This document shows, in pieces, positions 1 to 10,422 of a DNA stretch of 64,000 nucleotides (position 1 is its first letter; each line of letters opens with the position of its first letter). The notes under the pieces are model-generated. The model saw nothing but the letters and a program-made list of their open reading frames with translations. It ran no database searches and was not told the DNA's origin. This stretch comes from an uncultured Brevundimonas sp. (GTDB taxonomy: Bacteria > Pseudomonadota > Alphaproteobacteria > Caulobacterales > Caulobacteraceae). The stretch spans positions 5,069-69,068 of the forward strand of contig CAZFQC010000002.1 of assembly GCA_964520795.1 (NCBI GenBank), in the 5' to 3' direction. Both the position numbers and the translations under genes were made by a program.

Positions 1-1220
1 TCGTTGCGGTATTCGAGACCCGTCGCGAGCTCGGCGTCCACGCCGCCAAGGCGGATCGCGCGCGTGAGGTCCAGGTTCGCGCTGGTCTGGTCAAAGACAT
101 AGGTCCCGGACCGGAATTCCCGCGGCGACGATGCGCCCAGAGAGGCGTTCAGGCTGTTGCGAACGCCATAGGTGAACTCGTTGCGGCCGTAGGTCAGGCT
201 GAGGTCCGCCGCCCAGGGACCGACCGGCGCCCGCCAGCCCGCGGTCAGGCCGAGGTCGTCATCCTCGCCCGTCGTGATGGGCAGAAAGCCATTCGGATAG
301 ACGACGGTCAGATTGTCGGAGCCATCGGGGTAGCGGAAAAAGGTCGCGCCCTCGCTGTCGCTCTGACCGACCGTGCCGAAGCCATAGAGCTCGCCGCCGG
401 CGAGCGGGATCGCGGCGTTGATCCAGAGATTGACGGCCTCGACCGCCGGATCGCCTTCGGCGTAGTTGCGCCGGCCCGCCAGGGCGAGGTTGGCCGGGGT
501 GGGGGCGATGAAGAACGGGATCTGGTCGAAGCCGGCGCGGTTGGTCGCGTTGCGGTCGCGGTAGTCGAGGCCGCCCCGGAGGAAGCCGCCGTCGCCGAGC
601 GACGTGCCGCCCGAGGCCGAGAGGGTGAAGGTCTCGCCATCGGTCAGGGTCTGGTCGATGGGATCGACGTCTGTGCGATGGAAGCCGTAGCTCGTCGAGA
701 CCTCGAAGCCGCTGGGACGCTCGTCGAGGATGACATTGATGACGCCGGCGATGGCGTCAGAGCCGTAGACCGCCCCTGCGCCGTCGCGCAGCACCTCGAC
801 CCGGGCCACGGCGCCCAGGGGGATGGTGTTGAGGTCGACGGCCGCCGTGCCGCGGCCGATCTTGGTCTCGGTGTTCACAATGGCCGAGGGGTGACGGCGG
901 CGACCGTTGACGAGCACCAGGGTCTGGTCCGGGCTGAGACCGCGCAACTGGCCCGCCCGAATATGGTCCGAGGTCCCCGAGTTCGATTGCCGGGGGAAGT
1001 TGAACGAGGGGGCCAGCACGCTGATGGCCTGGCCGAGTTCGTCGCCGACCGCGCCGGTCGAGACGAGGTCCTCGCGGCTCAGCACGTCGATGGGCGCGGG
1101 AGATTCCGTCGCGGTTCGCGAGGGCAGTCGCGAGCCGGTCACGACGATTTCGGAAAGCTGGGCGGTGGGATCCCCGGACTCCTGGGACTGGATCAGGGCG
1201 AGGACGGCGAGTGACAACAT
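1..1220 (-). CDS. TonB-dependent receptor (5' part; runs off the window start)
   Basis: Manual translation from the ATG at 1220: MLSLAVLALIQ..EIVVTGSR (TonB box)..QLRGLSPDQTLVLVNGRR..IPLGAVARVEVLRDGAGAVYGSDAIAGVINVI, the plug-domain signature. Not in the ORF track because no stop codon lies in the window. Confidence 0.93.
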   Translation of the reverse strand, partial: MLSLAVLALIQSQESGDPTAQLSEIVVTGSRLPSRTATESPAPIDVLSREDLVSTGAVGDELGQAISVLAPSFNFPRQSNSGTSDHIRAGQLRGLSPDQTLVLVNGRRRHPSAIVNTETKIGRGTAAVDLNTIPLGAVARVEVLRDGAGAVYGSDAIAGVINVILDERPSGFEVSTSYGFHRTDVDPIDQTLTDGETFTLSASGGTSLGDGGFLRGGLDYRDRNATNRAGFDQIPFFIAPTPANLALAGRRNYAEGDPAVEAVNLWINAAIPLAGGELYGFGTVGQSDSEGATFFRYPDGSDNLTVVYPNGFLPITTGEDDDLGLTAGWRAPVGPWAADLSLTYGRNEFTYGVRNSLNASLGASSPREFRSGTYVFDQTSANLDLTRAIRLGGVDAELATGLEYRN

Positions 1221-1269
1221 GGAAGTTCCGGGTCTAGATCGTGACAGCTGAGCCGCTGGGTCCGCCCTA

Positions 1270-1294
1270 TTCGCTCGGCGCCCGGCTTGGTTAC
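1270..1294 (-). promoter_or_regulatory. SigF-type promoter GTAAC-N16-CGAA for the TonB receptor
   Basis: Plus strand ttcg(1270)-16 nt-gttac(1290). Confidence 0.8.
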
Positions 1295-1325
1295 AGCGGC
1301 GCTCCCCGAGGCGAGGGGCCGCCCT

Positions 1326-1350
1326 GTAACGAAACGGGCTCGTGTCCGAA
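1326..1350 (+). promoter_or_regulatory. SigF-type autoregulatory promoter GTAAC-N16-CGAA
   Basis: gtaac 1326-1330 and cgaa 1347-1350, just upstream of sigF. Confidence 0.85.
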
Positions 1351-1361
1351 TAGGGGGGCGT

Positions 1362-1901
1362 GTGAAGACGCTGGAAGCACGGCTGAAGCCGCTCATGATC
1401 GCGGGGCTCGATGGCGAGGCCTCAGCCTGGCGCGAGTTTCTCAAACTCCTGCGCCCGGCCCTGCATGCCTATTTCAATCGCCGTCAATTCTATGGCGACG
1501 CCGACGTCGAGGATCTTGTGCAAGACGCCCTTCTGGCCATCCATTCCAAGCGGGAGACCTGGCGGCGCGCGGACCCCGTGACCTCATGGTGCTTCACCAT
1601 CGCCCGCTACAAGCTGATCGATCATCTGCGGAAGTCGGGCCGGGCCAAGTTGGTGCCGCTGGTCGACGATCTCGTGCTTCTCCATGACGGCGTAGAGGAC
1701 GGCGCGGTCCGGCGGGATCTCGAGAAGTTGCTCGACACGGCCGCGCCGAAACAACGCGCCCTGATCGAGGATGTCCGCTTGTCGGGATACAGTCTGGCCG
1801 AAGCTGGCGAACGCGCCGGCATGACCGAGGGCGCGGCCAAGGTCAGTCTGCATCGCGCCATGAAGGCCCTGATGAAACGAGTATCCGACCGTGAATACTG
1901 A
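1362..1901 (+). CDS. sigF: ECF sigma factor, SigF (ECF16) type
   Basis: Region 2 (VEDLVQDALLAIH..WCFTIARYKLID) and region 4 (SLAEAG..GAAKVSLHRAMKAL); coupled to an NrsF gene. GTG start chosen because it lies downstream of the promoter. Confidence 0.92.
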   Translation: MKTLEARLKPLMIAGLDGEASAWREFLKLLRPALHAYFNRRQFYGDADVEDLVQDALLAIHSKRETWRRADPVTSWCFTIARYKLIDHLRKSGRAKLVPLVDDLVLLHDGVEDGAVRRDLEKLLDTAAPKQRALIEDVRLSGYSLAEAGERAGMTEGAAKVSLHRAMKALMKRVSDREY

Positions 1902-2532
1902 TAACCTGATCGAGAGCCTCGCCGGCGATGTCCGGCGCATTCCCGCCGGACGCTCGGGCCGGCGCGTCGCCTGCTGCGCAGGCCTCGGACTCCTGGCCGC
2001 AGCAGCGGTCGTGTGGCTGACGCTCGGCCTGCGACCGGACCTGGGGGCTGTCTTCGACGAGCCCGCCTTCCTGATGCGCCAGGCCTACACGCTCTCCGTC
2101 GCCGGCTTCGGAGCCCTTCTCCTGCTGCGTCTGGGTCAGCCCGGCGCCCCAGTCCGGCTGCCGCTGCTCGGGCTGGCGGCGACCTTCATCATGATCCTGG
2201 CTGCGGTCGGTATGGAGCAGTCGTCCCTGTCAGGGGTGGCGCACCTGGAGGCCTGGCTGGGAGAGTCCTGGCGGTCCTGCACACTCAGGGTCGGGGCGAT
2301 TAGCCTGGCGGCCGGACCCTTCATCTTCTTCGCGGCGCGCCGACTGGCGCCCGCCCGGCCGACCCTGGCCGGCTTCGCGGCGGGCCTGGTCGCGGGCGGC
2401 GTGGCGGCCAGCGCCTATGGCCTGTACTGCCAGGAGGGCACGGCCTCCTTCATGGCCAGCTGGTACACGATGGGCATCCTGACGGCGGGCCTGATCGGCG
2501 CGGCGGCGGGACGCTTCCTGCTGCGCTGGTGA
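1891..2532 (+). CDS. nrsF: NrsF/DUF1109 membrane anti-sigma factor
   Basis: MNTDNLIESL start, about six TM segments, conserved Cys (SC, YGLYCQE) and WY; overlaps sigF. Confidence 0.9.
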   Translation: MNTDNLIESLAGDVRRIPAGRSGRRVACCAGLGLLAAAAVVWLTLGLRPDLGAVFDEPAFLMRQAYTLSVAGFGALLLLRLGQPGAPVRLPLLGLAATFIMILAAVGMEQSSLSGVAHLEAWLGESWRSCTLRVGAISLAAGPFIFFAARRLAPARPTLAGFAAGLVAGGVAASAYGLYCQEGTASFMASWYTMGILTAGLIGAAAGRFLLRW

Positions 2533-2774
2533 TCATGCCGGTTTCCGCACAGACGTTTCTCGACCACGCCAGGTCCCGGGCCGTGGTTCATACGGCCATC
2601 CGCGTGTCACTCATCGTGGGCACCGTGCTCACGCTGATAAACCAGGGCGACGTCCTGTTTGGTCAGGGCTCCGTGAACGTCCTGAAAGCGCTTCTGACCT
2701 ATGCGGTCCCCTATCTGGTAAGCACCCACGGGGCAGCCACCGCGCGGATGCACCTGCAGACGACGAGTCCGTAG
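2529..2774 (+). CDS. NrtS-family small membrane protein
   Basis: VSLIVGTVLTLINQGD..LTYAVPYLVSTHG motif. Confidence 0.7.
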   Translation: MIMPVSAQTFLDHARSRAVVHTAIRVSLIVGTVLTLINQGDVLFGQGSVNVLKALLTYAVPYLVSTHGAATARMHLQTTSP

Positions 2775-2830
2775 GTCCGGGGCGTCGACCGCGCCTCGTC
2801 ATCTAATCGCTTGCGAAGCCAAGCTTTGCT

Positions 2831-2855
2831 GTAACCTTGACGATGGCTCCACGAA
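2831..2855 (+). promoter_or_regulatory. SigF-type promoter for the hybrid kinase
   Basis: gtaac 2831 - N16 - cgaa 2852. Confidence 0.75.
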
Positions 2856-2935
2856 TTCCCGCCTGCCCGTTCCTTGCGGGCTGTCTGCGCTGTGCGCATG
2901 CGACGATCGAAGCATCGTCGAGGTTGGGAGATGCT

Positions 2936-4948
2936 GTGATCGACGACATCAAGATATCGAGGAAGATCGCGGCGGTCGTGATCGGACTCGGGCTGATCTG
3001 CATCGGTCTGGCCGGCTACGCCGGCCTGGTCCTGACACGCACCAGCGCCCAGTACGCGGTTCTGACCGACCACAAGGGTCCGGCCCTGGTCGCGCTGGCG
3101 AGCGCGGAGCGAGCCAACTACGAGATGGCCTATGCGACCGCGATGGTGATCGTCTATCCCGGCGCCTCGGAGCCGGGGCGGGCCTGGGCGCGGAAGGTGA
3201 CGGCGTCCTATGCCGATGGCCGGGCCCATCTTCGGCGGGCTCGCATGGAGTTTCCCGAGCACCGGACCGCCATCGCCGATCTCGAGGAGCGGCTGACGCG
3301 GAACCGGATCAATCTCGATGCGGCGGTTGAACTCGCCCTGTTCAGCCGGCTGGACGAGGCCAGCGCCGCCCTGACCGATGCAGACCCCGGTCTGATCGCT
3401 TTCGGAGACCTGACCCGGGGGCTGATCGATACCGGGGTGAGCCAACATCGTGCCGAATCCATGGACCTGGCGCGGGTCGCGTCCACGACCCGGTTCATGC
3501 TTCTGCTCGCCAGTCTGGCGGGCGTCACCCTGGCGGTCGGCGGGGCGTTGCGAATGACCGCGGTGGCCATTACCGGTCCGCTTGGCCGGCTTCGCGACGC
3601 CATGCAGTCCCTGGCGGCCGGTGACAACGCGGTCGTCGTCGAGGGCCAGTCGCGCGGCGATGAGATCGGCGCCATGTCGAGAGCGGTCCAGGTGTTCAAG
3701 GACAACGCCGTCCGGCTGCTGGCCTCGGAGCGGGAGGCATTGGAGCAGGAGGCGGCCCGCCTCAGGGCCGAGGCGGCGAACGCCGCGCAGCGGCAGTTTC
3801 TGGCCCACATGACGCATGAGCTACGGACGCCGCTCAACGGCGTCCTGGGCATGGCCTATCTGATGGAGCAGGGGCGACTCGAGCCGGACCAGCGCGCGCG
3901 ACTGGATACGATCCAGGCGTCCGGACGCGACCTGCTGCATGTGATCAACAACATCCTGGACATCTCGAAGATCGAGGCCGGCAAGCTGGAGCTGGAGTTT
4001 CAGTCCTTCGATTGTGAGGCGCTCTGCGTCCGGTCTCTCGGCGCCTTGCGTGAGATCGCCGAACGCAAGGGTCTCGGCTTCCAGGTCGAGGTCGCCCCTT
4101 CGGCGTCGGGACCCCGTCGGGGCGATCCGCAAAGGGTGCGCCAGATACTCACCAACTATGTGGCCAACGCTCTCAAATTCACGGCCGCGGGCGAGATCCG
4201 GGTTACCGTGGAAGGCGATCAGGTCGAGGGCATCGAAGGCGTCCACCTCAGGGTGTCGGACACAGGCATCGGCATCGACGCCGACAAGCGCGACCTGCTG
4301 TTCGAGAGTTTTTCGCAGGTGGACGCCTCGACCACCCGGGCCTTTGACGGAACCGGTCTGGGCCTCGCGATCTGTCGCGAGCTCGCAGCGATGATGAGCG
4401 GACGGGTCTGGGTGGACAGCGAACCCGGGATCGGATCCACCTTTCACGCCTGGCTGGCCTTGCCGCGGTGCGTGGCCGATGCGGACGGGCCTCCTCCGGA
4501 GCATGACGCGCCGGCATCCGGGCCGGCTTCTCTGCGGGGCGCCCCTCCGCTCAAGGTCCTTGCGGCCGAGGACAACTCCACCAACCAGCGGGTGCTGACC
4601 GCTATCCTGGCGGCGCTCGGCGTGGACGTTCACATGACGGCAAACGGTCATGAGGTTGTCGCCGCCTGGACCCGCGGCGAATACGACCTGATCCTGATGG
4701 ACATCCAGATGCCGCTCATGGACGGCCTTGAGGCCACCCGGGCGATCCGGGAGGCTGAGGCTGCCAAGGGCCTCGCGCCGGTTCCCATCTATGCGCTGAC
4801 CGCCAACGCCTTCGTCCACCAGATCGAGGCCTACAGGGCCGCCGGCATGGACGGCCACCTGGCCAAGCCGCTCGAGCTGCCGCAGCTGACGGCGATCCTG
4901 GAAGCGACCGCTGATCGAAGAGCCGTTCGATCCGACAGTCTGGTCTGA
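2936..4948 (+). CDS. Hybrid sensor histidine kinase (4-helix sensor, HAMP, HisKA, HATPase, REC)
   Basis: FLAHMTHELRTPLNG, NALKFT, DTGIG, GTGLGL, LILMDIQMP; two TM segments; GTG start preferred. Confidence 0.93.
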   Translation: MIDDIKISRKIAAVVIGLGLICIGLAGYAGLVLTRTSAQYAVLTDHKGPALVALASAERANYEMAYATAMVIVYPGASEPGRAWARKVTASYADGRAHLRRARMEFPEHRTAIADLEERLTRNRINLDAAVELALFSRLDEASAALTDADPGLIAFGDLTRGLIDTGVSQHRAESMDLARVASTTRFMLLLASLAGVTLAVGGALRMTAVAITGPLGRLRDAMQSLAAGDNAVVVEGQSRGDEIGAMSRAVQVFKDNAVRLLASEREALEQEAARLRAEAANAAQRQFLAHMTHELRTPLNGVLGMAYLMEQGRLEPDQRARLDTIQASGRDLLHVINNILDISKIEAGKLELEFQSFDCEALCVRSLGALREIAERKGLGFQVEVAPSASGPRRGDPQRVRQILTNYVANALKFTAAGEIRVTVEGDQVEGIEGVHLRVSDTGIGIDADKRDLLFESFSQVDASTTRAFDGTGLGLAICRELAAMMSGRVWVDSEPGIGSTFHAWLALPRCVADADGPPPEHDAPASGPASLRGAPPLKVLAAEDNSTNQRVLTAILAALGVDVHMTANGHEVVAAWTRGEYDLILMDIQMPLMDGLEATRAIREAEAAKGLAPVPIYALTANAFVHQIEAYRAAGMDGHLAKPLELPQLTAILEATADRRAVRSDSLV

Positions 4949-4962
4949 TCGCAGATCGCGAT

Positions 4963-6090
4963 TCAGAGCGCCGGCGGCGGGTCCTTTGGCAGGCTGCGCC
5001 CCGGCGCGCCGGTCGAGAGGCGCGCGGTGAACCAGGCCTGCGACGGGCGGTCGAACGCCTGCCGGAACACGATCGCGCCCACGACGGCCGCGCCAAGCCC
5101 GAGACACCATACGATCCAGCGTTCCGTGTCGCTCCATTGCGCCTGACCTGCGGCGTCGAAGACGGCGAACCAGATGATGCGAACCAACTCGTTGGTCAGG
5201 AAGATCGAGAACGAGGCCAGGGCCAATGCCTCGACGAGCTTCACCGGCCTCACGACCGGTATGGCGCCGGCGGCGAAGATGATGGCGCAGATCAGGGCGA
5301 GGGACGGGATGGCGAGATCGCCGACGGCCTGCAGCCCGACGAGCCCCGTGAGGCTGACAATGCCAAGGGCCGCGCCGAAACGCGGGCGCACCGGTATGCG
5401 GGCGGCGAAGGCCGCCATCGCGACGCCGAGGATGAAGAGGGGCAGGGCGCGAAGAATGCCGTAGCCCAGGGGCATGCGGTAGACCGGATAGCCGAGGAAG
5501 GCGTGGGTTGCGGCGTTCGCGGCGAGGGCCAGGATGGCCGCGCCGACCAGCAGCGCCCAGGGCGGCAGCCGATGCGCGAGGCGAAGCAGGCAGGGCAAGA
5601 GGAGATAGCAGCCTAGCAGCGCCGACAGGGTCCAGGTGGGCGCGTTCCATCCATGCCCGCCGGGCACACCGTAGGCCTGGACGAGGAAGAACTGGGCCGG
5701 ATAGGCGGCCCAGTCAAACCAGTAGGGATTGCTGGGCGTCATGCCGATCGCCGCGGTTCCCAGAACCAGTCCCGCGAAGGCGATCATCACCACCAGATGA
5801 GCGGGAACCACCCTCAGGAAGCGTTGCCGGATGTAGAGGCCGGCCGAGGTGCGGCCGTCGATCAGGCGTCGATAGTAGATGCGGCCGAGCACATAGCCGG
5901 AGTCGATGATGAAGAAGTTGGTCAGCAGATAGCCGCGGCCGAACACCGGATGAAACTGGTCCAGCGGGATCGGCGCCGCGCTGTGGAAATGGTACAGCAC
6001 GATCATCAGGGCGACCGCGATCCTCAGGCCGTCGAGCCACCCCCCGCGCGCAATGGGGGTGGCCGTCGAAACCGGAGTGATGTCGCTCAT
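4963..6090 (-). CDS. Acyltransferase family 3 membrane protein
   Basis: WLDGLRIAVALMIVLYH, FFIIDSGYVL, RFLRVVP, WNAPTWTLS. Confidence 0.88.
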   Translation of the reverse strand: MSDITPVSTATPIARGGWLDGLRIAVALMIVLYHFHSAAPIPLDQFHPVFGRGYLLTNFFIIDSGYVLGRIYYRRLIDGRTSAGLYIRQRFLRVVPAHLVVMIAFAGLVLGTAAIGMTPSNPYWFDWAAYPAQFFLVQAYGVPGGHGWNAPTWTLSALLGCYLLLPCLLRLAHRLPPWALLVGAAILALAANAATHAFLGYPVYRMPLGYGILRALPLFILGVAMAAFAARIPVRPRFGAALGIVSLTGLVGLQAVGDLAIPSLALICAIIFAAGAIPVVRPVKLVEALALASFSIFLTNELVRIIWFAVFDAAGQAQWSDTERWIVWCLGLGAAVVGAIVFRQAFDRPSQAWFTARLSTGAPGRSLPKDPPPAL

Positions 6091-6149
6091 GGTGGGTGTT
6101 CCGGTCCGGCTGCGGGAGGCTATCGGGCGTGGCGGCGCGTGCGCGTCGG

Positions 6150-7664
6150 CTAAAGGATGGTCGTTCCGGCCGGCGATCCGCGCGGTTCCTCAAGGAGCCA
6201 GTAGAGGACGTTGTCCTTGAACACCGACGATCGCGTCAGGCGGATGTGCTCGCCCGAGAGCAGCAGGGTGGACCGGAACCTCAGGGGAGAGCGAACCTCC
6301 GGCTCCCAGGTATCCTCGGTCCGGGTGTCGAACAGGGCGCTGGCGCGGGTCACGGTCCCGTCTCCGGGCGCCGTGTCTATCCGCGTCAGTCGACCGCCGG
6401 AATCGACGGCGTAGGCGGCGTCGGTGTCGAGAGAGTCGCCGACCACCAGGAAGGCCTCAAGCTCCGGCGGGGGCGCCGCGACGACATCCAGCGCCGCATG
6501 AAAACGCCGGGCCCGGTTCAGCAAGGCCGCCTGCCGCTGCACGGCGAACCCGGCCCGAACCGACGCATTCGGTTCCTCGGGGAGCATGGCGGCGATCACC
6601 GCGGCCTGGCCGGGGTCCGACAGACCCCAGCGTCGGCTGCGCCAGAGTTCCGGATCGAACAGGTCCGTGATCGGGCGCCGCCGGTCCCCGCTGGTGAACA
6701 GGGCGGGTCTGGGCCCGTGCGGCAGGAGTTGATAGGCGGACGGAAAGCTGCCGAGAATGGCGGGAGCGTAGAACGGCATCACGGGCCGTCCGAGGTCCTG
6801 GCCCTCGACCAGATATTTGAGACTCAGGGCGCTGCCCGCATTCGGCGGCGCGACAAGGACGGCCCGGCCGACATAGCCCGCCCCGGACCAGTCCAGTCGG
6901 GGCGCCGGGCCGTCCTCGGCCAGGGGCTGGTCGCCGTAGCGCAGGAAATAGCGGAACAGCAGGGCGCCCATGGAGTGGGTGACCACGTCGAACCGGATCG
7001 TGGCCGGATCGCGCTCGACGCCGAACCGGACCCGATACTGCTCGGCCAGATAGACGCGCCGGTCGTCCATGAATCGCTTCAGTTCGCCCGCGTTCTCCGC
7101 ATTGTCGCGGCGCCAGTCATAGGGAAACTGGAAACAGGTGAAATGGTCGTCGCCATAGTCGATCTCGCCAAGGCCGAGAGCGGGATCGCGATATCCGCCG
7201 GCGCCCAGGGTGGCGAGAATTTGCGCATACTGCTGCAGTTCGATCGGAATGCCGGCCAGGCGCACCACCACCCGATCGAGCACGCCGTCCGGCATGACAT
7301 AATCTGCCTCCGGACGCTCGCCGACGGGCCCCTGGAGGGGCAGGGCGATCTTTCGAATGCCAGCGGCGTCGGCCGGCCGGGCGGCGCTTCGGTCGAAGGC
7401 GCCCCAGATCGTCTGTCGGGTGGACATGTCGACCAGCCGACTGCCGAGAATCCCCGGAATGACGATGATGGGATTGCGATCCGGGCCGTGCGAGCGCGCG
7501 GCGCGATTGTAGACGATCCGGAGATCCGGCCCTCCGGTCTCGGGCAATGCGGCGCAGCCGGCGAGCGCGACGCCCGCCAGCCCGGCCGACAGCAGGGCGC
7601 GCCGCGAGGGCGCGTCCGGCCGGACCGGATCGGTCAGAACCGCCTGACGACGGCTTGGTGTCAT
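6150..7664 (-). CDS. Tat-exported lipoprotein alpha/beta hydrolase (lipase/LCAT-like)
   Basis: SRRALL..LAGC signal, IIVIPGILGS, YDWR, THSMG nucleophile elbow, GDGTV. Confidence 0.82.
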   Translation of the reverse strand: MTPSRRQAVLTDPVRPDAPSRRALLSAGLAGVALAGCAALPETGGPDLRIVYNRAARSHGPDRNPIIVIPGILGSRLVDMSTRQTIWGAFDRSAARPADAAGIRKIALPLQGPVGERPEADYVMPDGVLDRVVVRLAGIPIELQQYAQILATLGAGGYRDPALGLGEIDYGDDHFTCFQFPYDWRRDNAENAGELKRFMDDRRVYLAEQYRVRFGVERDPATIRFDVVTHSMGALLFRYFLRYGDQPLAEDGPAPRLDWSGAGYVGRAVLVAPPNAGSALSLKYLVEGQDLGRPVMPFYAPAILGSFPSAYQLLPHGPRPALFTSGDRRRPITDLFDPELWRSRRWGLSDPGQAAVIAAMLPEEPNASVRAGFAVQRQAALLNRARRFHAALDVVAAPPPELEAFLVVGDSLDTDAAYAVDSGGRLTRIDTAPGDGTVTRASALFDTRTEDTWEPEVRSPLRFRSTLLLSGEHIRLTRSSVFKDNVLYWLLEEPRGSPAGTTIL

Positions 7665-7717
7665 GCCGGCCCCCAACGAAATCGCTCCATGCCGCGCGCG
7701 TGGCGGCGCCGTCCCTA

Positions 7718-7742
7718 TTCGGCGCCGCCGGCGAATGGTTAC
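7718..7742 (-). promoter_or_regulatory. SigF-type promoter for the hydrolase-acyltransferase pair
   Basis: ttcg 7718 - N16 - gttac 7738. Confidence 0.78.
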
Positions 7743-7766
7743 GGCAACGGCTCGTCGACCCTGGCT

Positions 7767-7791
7767 GTAACCTCAGAGAGAGCGAACCGAA
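7767..7791 (+). promoter_or_regulatory. SigF-type promoter for the bufA2 operon
   Basis: gtaac 7767 - N16 - cgaa 7788. Confidence 0.85.
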
Positions 7792-7838
7792 TAGGAGATC
7801 GCCGACACGGCAGAACCCCAAGGATCAGGAAACACCCC

Positions 7839-8147
7839 ATGAAGATAACCCGAACGGGCGGCGCCCTCGCTTCCGCGGCCGCCATGCTTGCCGTCAGCGC
7901 CTTCGCCGGCGCTGCCTTCGCTGGCGACCCGCCGGCCGGCAGCCGCGGCCTGGCCGTCGCGGCCACCGACACCGTCCACTGCTACGGCGTCAACACCTGC
8001 CAGGGCACGGCGGACTGCGCGACGACCGCCCATGAGTGCAAGGGTCAGAACAGCTGCCGCGGACAGGGCTTCAAGGCGATGACCGCCAAGGAATGCCTGA
8101 CCGCGGACGGAACCATCGCCGATCTGGAGCCTGCCCCTCAGGCCTGA
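7839..8147 (+). CDS. bufA2: Bufferin-type precursor (BufA2-like): signal peptide plus Cys-rich core
   Basis: [11 protein letters not shown] signal; [29 protein letters not shown]; lies upstream of an MNIO gene. Confidence 0.85.
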   Translation: MKITRTGGALASAAAMLAVSAFAGAAFAGDPPAGSRGLAVAATDTVHCYGVNTCQGTADCATTAHECKGQNSCRGQGFKAMTAKECLTADGTIADLEPAPQA

Positions 8148-8250
8148 TCGACCGGCGACTGGTCGGCCGGCGCCCTCGAGCCCCCCTCTCGCCCCCCTCC
8201 CAGGGAGGGGCGTCGGCCGCATCGCTCTCATCCGGATCAAGGACACCTCC

Positions 8251-9126
8251 GTGATCGTATCCGCGACCCAGACTGCACCGGAGCAACGCCTCCACGGCTT
8301 CGGACTCGGGGCGAGACCGCAGCACTATCCGGCCATTATAGAGACTTGGCCCGACCTCGATTTTCTGGAGGTCATCTCCGAGAATTTCATGGTTCGGGGC
8401 GGCCGGCCGCTGAAGATGCTCGACACCCTGCGCGAACGCTACGCCATGGTCATGCATGGGGTTTCGATGTCGATCGGATCCGCCGACGGCCTGGACCGAT
8501 CCTACCTGGAACGGCTCAAGGTCCTGGCCGACCGGGTTCAACCCGCCTGGGTCTCGGATCATCTCTGCTGGACAGGCGTCCACGGCGCCAACACCCACGA
8601 CCTGCTGCCCCTGCCCTATACCGAGGAGGCCCTGCTGGTCTGCTGCGCCAATATCCGGCTGGCCCAAAGCATACTGGAGCGGCCGCTGGTTCTGGAGAAT
8701 CCTTCCAGCTATCTCGGCTTCGTCGACTCCGAAATGAGCGAATGGAACTTCCTGTCCGAGCTCTGCGCGCGCACCGGCTGCGCCCTCCTGCTCGACGTCA
8801 ACAACGTCCATGTCAGCAGTGTGAACCACGGGTTCGATCCGCACGCATTTCTCGAGGGCTTGCCCGTCGATCGTGTCTGGCAGATCCATCTGGCGGGTCA
8901 CTCACGCAACGGCGACCTGCTCATCGACACCCACGACGAGCCCGTTTCCGATCCCGTCTGGGCGCTCTACGACGCCGCCTGCCGGAGGTTCGGTCCCGTC
9001 GCCACCATGATCGAGCGCGACGATAATATTCCGCCGCTGGAAGACCTCCTGACGGAGCTTGACGTTGCTCGCGCGGTCGCGGCCGCGGCGCTTGCCGGCG
9101 CCGCTCCGGTCGGGCGGGCGGCGTGA
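8251..9126 (+). CDS. bufB2: MNIO (DUF692) RiPP maturase
   Basis: [46 protein letters not shown]. Confidence 0.95.
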   Translation: MIVSATQTAPEQRLHGFGLGARPQHYPAIIETWPDLDFLEVISENFMVRGGRPLKMLDTLRERYAMVMHGVSMSIGSADGLDRSYLERLKVLADRVQPAWVSDHLCWTGVHGANTHDLLPLPYTEEALLVCCANIRLAQSILERPLVLENPSSYLGFVDSEMSEWNFLSELCARTGCALLLDVNNVHVSSVNHGFDPHAFLEGLPVDRVWQIHLAGHSRNGDLLIDTHDEPVSDPVWALYDAACRRFGPVATMIERDDNIPPLEDLLTELDVARAVAAAALAGAAPVGRAA

Positions 9127-9890
9127 GACTTCTCGATGTCCAGCGTTCCTTCCAGTCCCTGATCCTGCAGGGGGATACGGCCGCTGTCGAGACAGCCGTT
9201 TCCGCGAAGGACCTGACCGACGCACGGCGCCGCCTCGGGGTATACAGCCACGCCTACAGAGCCACGATGACGGGCCTGCTCCATGAGGTCTTTGACAAGA
9301 CCTGGGCCTATCTCGGGGACGAGCGTTTCGAGGCCGAGGCCGCAGCCTATGTCGCCGCGCACAGGTCGACGAGTTTCAGCCTGGACGACTATGGCGTCGA
9401 CTTTGCCGAGCGGGTGCGACAGCGGCTGCCCGATGAGCCGGATGTCTTCGAACTGGCATGGCTGGACTGGGCGATGCGCCGCGCCTTTGACGGACCGGAC
9501 GCCGAGCCGGTCGGCTCCGCCCAACTGGCGGTTCTTTCGCCGGACGAGTGGGACCAAGCGAGGCTGGTTCTCCACCCGACGCTGGTTCACCGGGAGGTGG
9601 TCACTAACGTCGGAGCCCTGTGGGCCAGCCTGGACGCGGGCGCGCCGGTCATGCCGCCACCGCTGACCGGTCCGATGTCGCTCAGGGTATGGCGAAAGGG
9701 CTGGCAGCCCCATTTCAGGATGATCCCGGCCGAGGAGGGCGTGGCCTTGCAGGCCATCGCCGCAGGGCAGACGTTCGCCGCCCTGTGCGAGGATATGGGC
9801 CGCGACGGCTCGCAGGACGCCCCCATACGCGCCGGGCGTCTGCTGGCTGTCTGGCTTGAGGACGGCCTGATAGTCGACATAGCGTTCTGA
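9123..9890 (+). CDS. bufC2: MNIO partner protein (DUF2063/BufC)
   Basis: [17 protein letters not shown]; coupled to the MNIO gene. Confidence 0.88.
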   Translation: MRLLDVQRSFQSLILQGDTAAVETAVSAKDLTDARRRLGVYSHAYRATMTGLLHEVFDKTWAYLGDERFEAEAAAYVAAHRSTSFSLDDYGVDFAERVRQRLPDEPDVFELAWLDWAMRRAFDGPDAEPVGSAQLAVLSPDEWDQARLVLHPTLVHREVVTNVGALWASLDAGAPVMPPPLTGPMSLRVWRKGWQPHFRMIPAEEGVALQAIAAGQTFAALCEDMGRDGSQDAPIRAGRLLAVWLEDGLIVDIAF

Positions 9891-9918
9891 CGGCGGCCGG
9901 CTGGGTCGCCGGCCGCCG
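9891..9918. terminator. GC-rich hairpin between the convergent buf operons
   Basis: cggcggccggc-N6-gccggccgccg. Confidence 0.6.
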
Positions 9919-9933
9919 TTCGGAGCGCCCCCG

Positions 9934-10419
9934 TCAGGGAATTCTCAACAGCCGGTCGAGGCTGGCCGCGCCCGCTCCGTAGCGGATCAGGTAGAGCAGC
10001 AGGGCCGCCCAGACGAGGTGCGTCGACCAGGCCTCGGGGTAGACGAAGATCTGGATCACCAGGGTCATGCCCAGCAGGGCGAGGGCCGAAAACCGCGTCA
10101 TCAGGCCGAGCACCAGCAGGATCGGAAACAGGTGTTCGGACCAGGCCGCGAGGTGGGCGGCGATGTCGCTCGGGATGAAGGGGAGCTTGTACTCCTCGGC
10201 GAACAGATAATAGGCGCTGTCGTTGACCGTCAGCAGGCCTTCGACCTTGGTCCGACCGGACAGGAAGAAGACCGTCGCCACGCCCGTGCGCGCGGCCAGA
10301 CTGACGAGCCAGGTCGGAACGAGGGACTCCATCAGATTGACGGTCCGATTGAGGAGGGCCAGCGGGCCCGCTCTTCGGGATGGCTGGCCAACGGCGTCGG
10401 AAGGCAGGGCGTCGGTCAT
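9934..10419 (-). CDS. DoxX family membrane protein (BufD-like)
   Basis: FFLSGRTK, EHLFPILLVLGLMTRFSAL, GAGAASLD. Confidence 0.92.
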   Translation of the reverse strand: MTDALPSDAVGQPSRRAGPLALLNRTVNLMESLVPTWLVSLAARTGVATVFFLSGRTKVEGLLTVNDSAYYLFAEEYKLPFIPSDIAAHLAAWSEHLFPILLVLGLMTRFSALALLGMTLVIQIFVYPEAWSTHLVWAALLLYLIRYGAGAASLDRLLRIP

Positions 10420-10422
10420 AGG

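Noticed and set aside
6096-8147. 683-aa ORF as a giant RiPP precursor
   Set aside because: Only the last 102 codons (from ATG 7839, behind a promoter and RBS) are credible. The rest is antisense to the hydrolase gene.
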